The notes beneath the pieces are model-generated. The model searched no databases and had not been told where the DNA came from. It worked only from the letters and a program-made list of their open reading frames with translations. Below, piece by piece: positions 60,069 through 64,000 of a stretch of 64,000 bases of DNA (its first letter is position 1; every line of letters starts with the position of its first letter). Source of the stretch: Dehalococcoidia bacterium (GTDB lineage Bacteria; Chloroflexota; Dehalococcoidia; UBA2979); the NCBI GenBank assembly GCA_965262725.1, contig OZ253555.1, forward strand, positions 704,001-768,000, in the 5' to 3' direction. Made by a program: the position numbers and the translations under genes.

Positions 60069-60145
60069 GGTGGGTGTCGCCTAGCGGTTAAGGCGCCAGG
60101 TTGTGGCCCTGGAGACCGGGGGTTCGAATCCCCTCACCCACCCCA
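60069..60145 (+). tRNA. tRNA-His (GUG)
   Basis: Cloverleaf with TTGTGGC anticodon loop, G-1/C73, encoded CCA. Confidence 0.95.
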
Positions 60146-60224
60146 AAACAGGTCCGGTGCGCGGGGCGTCGTGGGCGCATGCTACGATCGATCGGCGCCC
60201 CCTTTCGCCGAGATCGGAGGCCCG

Positions 60225-61154
60225 ATGCGTGCGGCCCCGCTCGCGTTGACTCTCCTGGCAGCCGCGCTGCTCCTCCCCGTGCTGCTCGCCGCCTGCGGCG
60301 GCGGCGAGGACTCGGTTCAGGGCGACCTCCTCTCCGAGCGCTTCCTGCGCCTCGGCGAGGATCTGGAGACCGAGGTCGAGGTTTACGACGGCGCCCTCCC
60401 GCCGGCTCTCTCGGACGCGCTCAACCCCGGCAGGACGGAGGAGACCCCCGACGAGGATCTGGTGGCGCTGCCAGTGCACCCGAACGGCGTGCTGCTGGGG
60501 TCGTACCGGCTGAGGCGGGACGACGGGATCAACACCTTCATCCTCTTCTACGACGTGGACGGCGACGATCGAACGGTCGAGACGGCGCTCCGCGAGCAGC
60601 TCGACCAGTCGCCGTGGCAGGTGATCGGCGGGCAGTCGACCGAGTCCCTCTCCTGGGTGAGCTTCCAGAGCACCATCTCCGGTGACGTCGACGGCCAGGC
60701 CGCCATCACGCCGCTCCCGCCGGTCGAGAGCGAGGACGGCGGCACCCTCACGCTCTCCAACATCGTCTACTTCCTCAACGTCCAGCCAGCCATCCCGCCC
60801 GACCCGCGCCCCTTTGTGCTCCCGCCCTCGCGCGAGCCGCCCGCCGACTTCCCGTTGCCGTTCCTGCTCGAGGGGATGGACGTCCTGAGCATGGCGTGGC
60901 TCACGCAGCCAGGCTCGACGCTCTACCAGGCGACGTTGCTCTCTCGGGAGTCGTCGTTCGACGTGGCGGAGCGCTACCGGCAGGCCTTCACGTCTGCCGG
61001 CTGGGAGGTGCAGGAGGACCGCGCTGTCGGCTTCGCGACCGTGGTCTCCTTCGCCTCCGAGGACGGAACGGCGGTGGCGCAGCTCACCATCGACTCCTTC
61101 GAGGAGGATGACTCCTACACGGCGGTGCGGCTCCAGCTCCAGGAGGGAAGCTAG
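60225..61154 (+). CDS. acidic lipoprotein, hypothetical
   Basis: Signal peptide with lipobox LAAC. Confidence 0.8.
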   Translation: MRAAPLALTLLAAALLLPVLLAACGGGEDSVQGDLLSERFLRLGEDLETEVEVYDGALPPALSDALNPGRTEETPDEDLVALPVHPNGVLLGSYRLRRDDGINTFILFYDVDGDDRTVETALREQLDQSPWQVIGGQSTESLSWVSFQSTISGDVDGQAAITPLPPVESEDGGTLTLSNIVYFLNVQPAIPPDPRPFVLPPSREPPADFPLPFLLEGMDVLSMAWLTQPGSTLYQATLLSRESSFDVAERYRQAFTSAGWEVQEDRAVGFATVVSFASEDGTAVAQLTIDSFEEDDSYTAVRLQLQEGS

Positions 61155-61236
61155 CCCCGCTTCCGAGGAGCGGTGCCGTCGTCCGGCGCCTGCCGTGCGA
61201 GCGTCGACGCCGCTCGCCGCGTGCGACAATCGCGCC

Positions 61237-61653
61237 GTGGTCGTGCCGATCGACGAACAGTGCGCCCATCGCCTCGGGCTCTTTCGCCCGGGTTGCGGTC
61301 GCGACGCCGTGGCCGCCTGCGTCTACTGCGGTGCTCCCTTCTGCGAGGAGCACGGCGAGAGGCACGAGGACTACGCCGACGTCTGCCTCAGGAAGCGCTG
61401 CCGGACGAAGTACGGTGACGTGCACGAGCACCGGGAGTTCGTCCGCCGCCACTCCAACTCCAACCGCATGTCGGTCTGCGCGCATCAGGACTGCCGCGAG
61501 CGGATGCAGCACCGCTGCGCGCGCTGCCTCCTCCAGTTCTGCGACGAGCACGTCGGGGAGCGCGACACCATCGACACGAACAATCCGAAGCGCGCCGAGG
61601 TGCGGGCGCTCGTCTGCGATCACTGCCACGATCGGCGCAAGCTCTGGCGCTAG
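61237..61653 (+). CDS. Cys/His-rich zinc-finger protein (B-box/AN1-like repeats)
   Basis: CVYC...FCEEH and CARC...FCDEH repeats. Confidence 0.7.
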   Translation: MVVPIDEQCAHRLGLFRPGCGRDAVAACVYCGAPFCEEHGERHEDYADVCLRKRCRTKYGDVHEHREFVRRHSNSNRMSVCAHQDCRERMQHRCARCLLQFCDEHVGERDTIDTNNPKRAEVRALVCDHCHDRRKLWR

Positions 61654-61686
61654 TCCTGCGGGCGCGGCGGCCCTGGTCGCCCGGGT

Positions 61687-62469
61687 CTAGCCGGCGACGA
61701 CGGGGTTGCTGAGGACGCCGACGCCCTCGACCTCCACCTCCACCACGTCGCCGGGGTGCAGTTCGACCGTCGTTCCGGGCGTCCCGGTGAAGAGCAGGTC
61801 ACCGCGCTCGAGCGTCATGTACTGCGAGATGAAGGAGATCGATCGCCGGATCGAGTGGACGAGATCCGCCGTGTGCGCCTCCTGCACGAGCTCCCCGTTG
61901 ACCCGGCCCACGAAGCCGATGTCGGATCCGTGTTGGATCTCCGTCTCCACCCACGGACCGATCGGGGAGAAGGAGTTCGCCGACTTCGCGCGCCACCACT
62001 GCGTGTCGTCGCGTTGCCAGTGGCGCGCCGAGACGTCGTTGCCGGCGGTGTAGCCGAAGATGTGGTGGTCGACCTCCGCCTCCGAGATGCGGTGCGCGCG
62101 CCGTCCGATGACGACCACCACTTCCGCCTCCTCGTCGACGCGACCGGCATCCGGCGGCAGCACGATCGGTTCGCCCGGGCCGATGATCGACGACGGCGTC
62201 TTGAGGAAGGGCTGCGGGGTCGGCGAGAGGGAGGCCTGCCCGCGGGCTCCCTGCGCGTGGCTGACGTAGTTCACGGCCATCGCGATGATCTTGCCCGGCT
62301 GCACGGGCGCGAGCAGCCGGATCTCGGAGAGGGGATGGCTCTCGCCGGTCGGCTCCAGCGATCCGAAGAGGCCGCCGCGGACGAGGTGCACCATGGACTC
62401 GGAGACGCGGGCGTAGCTGGTCTTGCGCCCCACACGGACTCGGGCGATGCGCACGTTGTACTCCCTCAC
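61687..62469 (-). CDS. fumarylacetoacetate hydrolase family protein
   Basis: KII...NY..H, EAE, NDVSAR, GD..FTGTP. Confidence 0.95.
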   Translation of the reverse strand: MREYNVRIARVRVGRKTSYARVSESMVHLVRGGLFGSLEPTGESHPLSEIRLLAPVQPGKIIAMAVNYVSHAQGARGQASLSPTPQPFLKTPSSIIGPGEPIVLPPDAGRVDEEAEVVVVIGRRAHRISEAEVDHHIFGYTAGNDVSARHWQRDDTQWWRAKSANSFSPIGPWVETEIQHGSDIGFVGRVNGELVQEAHTADLVHSIRRSISFISQYMTLERGDLLFTGTPGTTVELHPGDVVEVEVEGVGVLSNPVVAG

Positions 62470-62622
62470 TGAACGTCGGCCTCATGCCCCGGGCGGTCAT
62501 CGCGGAGCGCGCGGGAGCGTACCATCGGCGGTGCGCGGCGGCGAGGCTGCGGTCGGCCCGTGCCCGGGTGCGTGCTAGGATGGCCTGCCTCGTCCGCCCG
62601 CTGAGAGAGTCGGAGCCCGGCG

Positions 62623-63834
62623 CTGCTGCGCATCTACAACACGCTCACCGGACGCGCCGAGACCTTCCGGCCGCTGGAGCGCGGCATCGCGCGCATGTAC
62701 GTCTGCGGCGTCACTCCCTACGACGTCGGGCACCTCGGTCACGCGCTCACCTTCGCCGTCTTCGACACGGTGAGGCGCTACCTCGAGTTCCAGGCCTTTG
62801 AGGTCGAGCACATCCAGAACATCACCGACGTCGACGACGACATGGTCCGCGTCTCACGCGAGCGCGGTCTCTCAATAGCCCGTCTCACCGAGGACAACCA
62901 CCAGGTACACCTGCGCGAGATGGACGCGCTCCACGTCCTGAGGCCGGCGGGGTTTCCGCGCGCCTCCGAGCACGTCGGGTCGATCGTGGAGATGGTCCAG
63001 GAACTCCTAGCGCGCGGCCACGCCTACGAGTCCGGGGGCCACGTCTTCTTCTCGGCGGCGAGCGCAGAGCACTTCGGGGAGCTGGCGGGACGAACCCATG
63101 CCGAGCTCCGAGCGGCCCCGCGGACGGACTCGATGCCGGAGGAGCCCGAGCACCTCAAGCGCGACCCGCTCGACTTCCTGCTGTGGCAGCCGGGAACAGA
63201 TCCGGGGGCGAGCTTCGACTCGCCGTGGGGCGCTGGGCGTCCCGGATGGCACGTCGAATGCTCCGCGATGGTGCGCGTCACGCTGGGTGATCAGATAGAC
63301 ATCCACGGCGGAGGCGCGGATCTCGTCTACCCGCATCACGAGAGCGAGATCGCGCAGTCGGAGGGCGCGACGGGACGCCGCCCCTTCGCCGGCACCTGGA
63401 TGCACGTCGGCACGATGCGGCTCGACGGCGTCAAGATGTCGAAGTCGCTCGGGAACCTGGTGAAGGTGAGCGAGCTGATCGAGCGGGGCCACGACCCGAA
63501 CGCGCTCCGCCTCACCCTGCTCTCGCGCCACTACCGCGACGACCACGACTTTACCGAGGGGGCGCTCGTGGCCCACGGGGAGCAGATCGCGACGTGGCGA
63601 CGCGCGCTGGCGTGTGCGGGCGGACCGCCGGATGCGCTGAGCGTGCAGCCGTGGCGCAATGGCTTCATGGATGCGCTGGACGACGATTTCGACACGCCGG
63701 GGGCCATCGCGGCGCTCGATGGCATCGCCGAGGGGCTTCTCGGCGGGCGGCTGGAGGCTGCGACTGCGCAGCCGACGCTTCGCGAGCTCTCGGCCGTGCT
63801 CGGTATCGAGTTCAACGAGGACTGCGCGGGCTAG
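62623..63834 (+). CDS. short cysteine ligase (CysRS catalytic core, MshC-like)
   Basis: YVCGVTPYD..HLGH, GRPGWHVEC, KMSKS; no anticodon-binding domain; probable CTG start. Confidence 0.8.
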   Translation: MLRIYNTLTGRAETFRPLERGIARMYVCGVTPYDVGHLGHALTFAVFDTVRRYLEFQAFEVEHIQNITDVDDDMVRVSRERGLSIARLTEDNHQVHLREMDALHVLRPAGFPRASEHVGSIVEMVQELLARGHAYESGGHVFFSAASAEHFGELAGRTHAELRAAPRTDSMPEEPEHLKRDPLDFLLWQPGTDPGASFDSPWGAGRPGWHVECSAMVRVTLGDQIDIHGGGADLVYPHHESEIAQSEGATGRRPFAGTWMHVGTMRLDGVKMSKSLGNLVKVSELIERGHDPNALRLTLLSRHYRDDHDFTEGALVAHGEQIATWRRALACAGGPPDALSVQPWRNGFMDALDDDFDTPGAIAALDGIAEGLLGGRLEAATAQPTLRELSAVLGIEFNEDCAG

Positions 63835-63894
63835 CCGCCGTCCGGCGCTGTAGTACGCTCGCCCGGGCCGGCGCGAGCGCGCAGGGGGGGCTTG

Positions 63895-64000
63895 GTGCTG
63901 GAGACCAGCGGCGGGTTGGTCGCCCTGCTGCTCCTCGTGCTCCTCAATGGCTTCTTCGTCGCGTCCGAGTTCGCGCTGGTGACACTGCGGCGGACGCGCG
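63895..64000 (+). CDS. CNNM/HlyC-CorC family membrane protein (partial)
   Basis: LLNGFFVASEFALVTLRRTR. Confidence 0.85.
   Translation, partial: MLETSGGLVALLLLVLLNGFFVASEFALVTLRRTR

Overview
High-GC bacterial DNA. The gene content (Replic_Relax-type T4SS element, F420/PPOX protein, paired CoA-transferases, short CysRS/MshC) suggests Chloroflexota/Dehalococcoidia, which is an inference only. Bases 1 to ~43.1 kb are an accessory island whose right edge abuts the 3' end of tRNA-Sec (43136-43232, minus strand). The island contains: (i) a compact ICE-like module at 3.3-15.8 kb (VirB6, VirB8-like, pilin, PrgI, VirB4, primase, VirD4-like coupling protein, double Replic_Relax protein, Xis, tyrosine integrase), preceded by an 11-bp-period repeat array; (ii) defence-type cargo, namely an intact HTH-nuclease-STAND protein, a Panacea antitoxin plus membrane protein pair carried in an IS1595, an EEP nuclease, a DUF4268/NucS-like nuclease, an IS-split Avs-like gene, and NYN and DUF499 relics; (iii) insertion sequences (2x IS21, IS630, IS5, IS1595 and IS481 relics); (iv) the most striking feature, a three-level nested group II intron at 28582-33446. 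In it an autonomous intron sits in the domain V loop of an ORF-less intron, which itself interrupts the RT ORF of the outer intron. Bases 43.4-64 kb are ordinary metabolic core genes plus tRNA-His. Family assignments come from motif recognition by eye, not from database searches.
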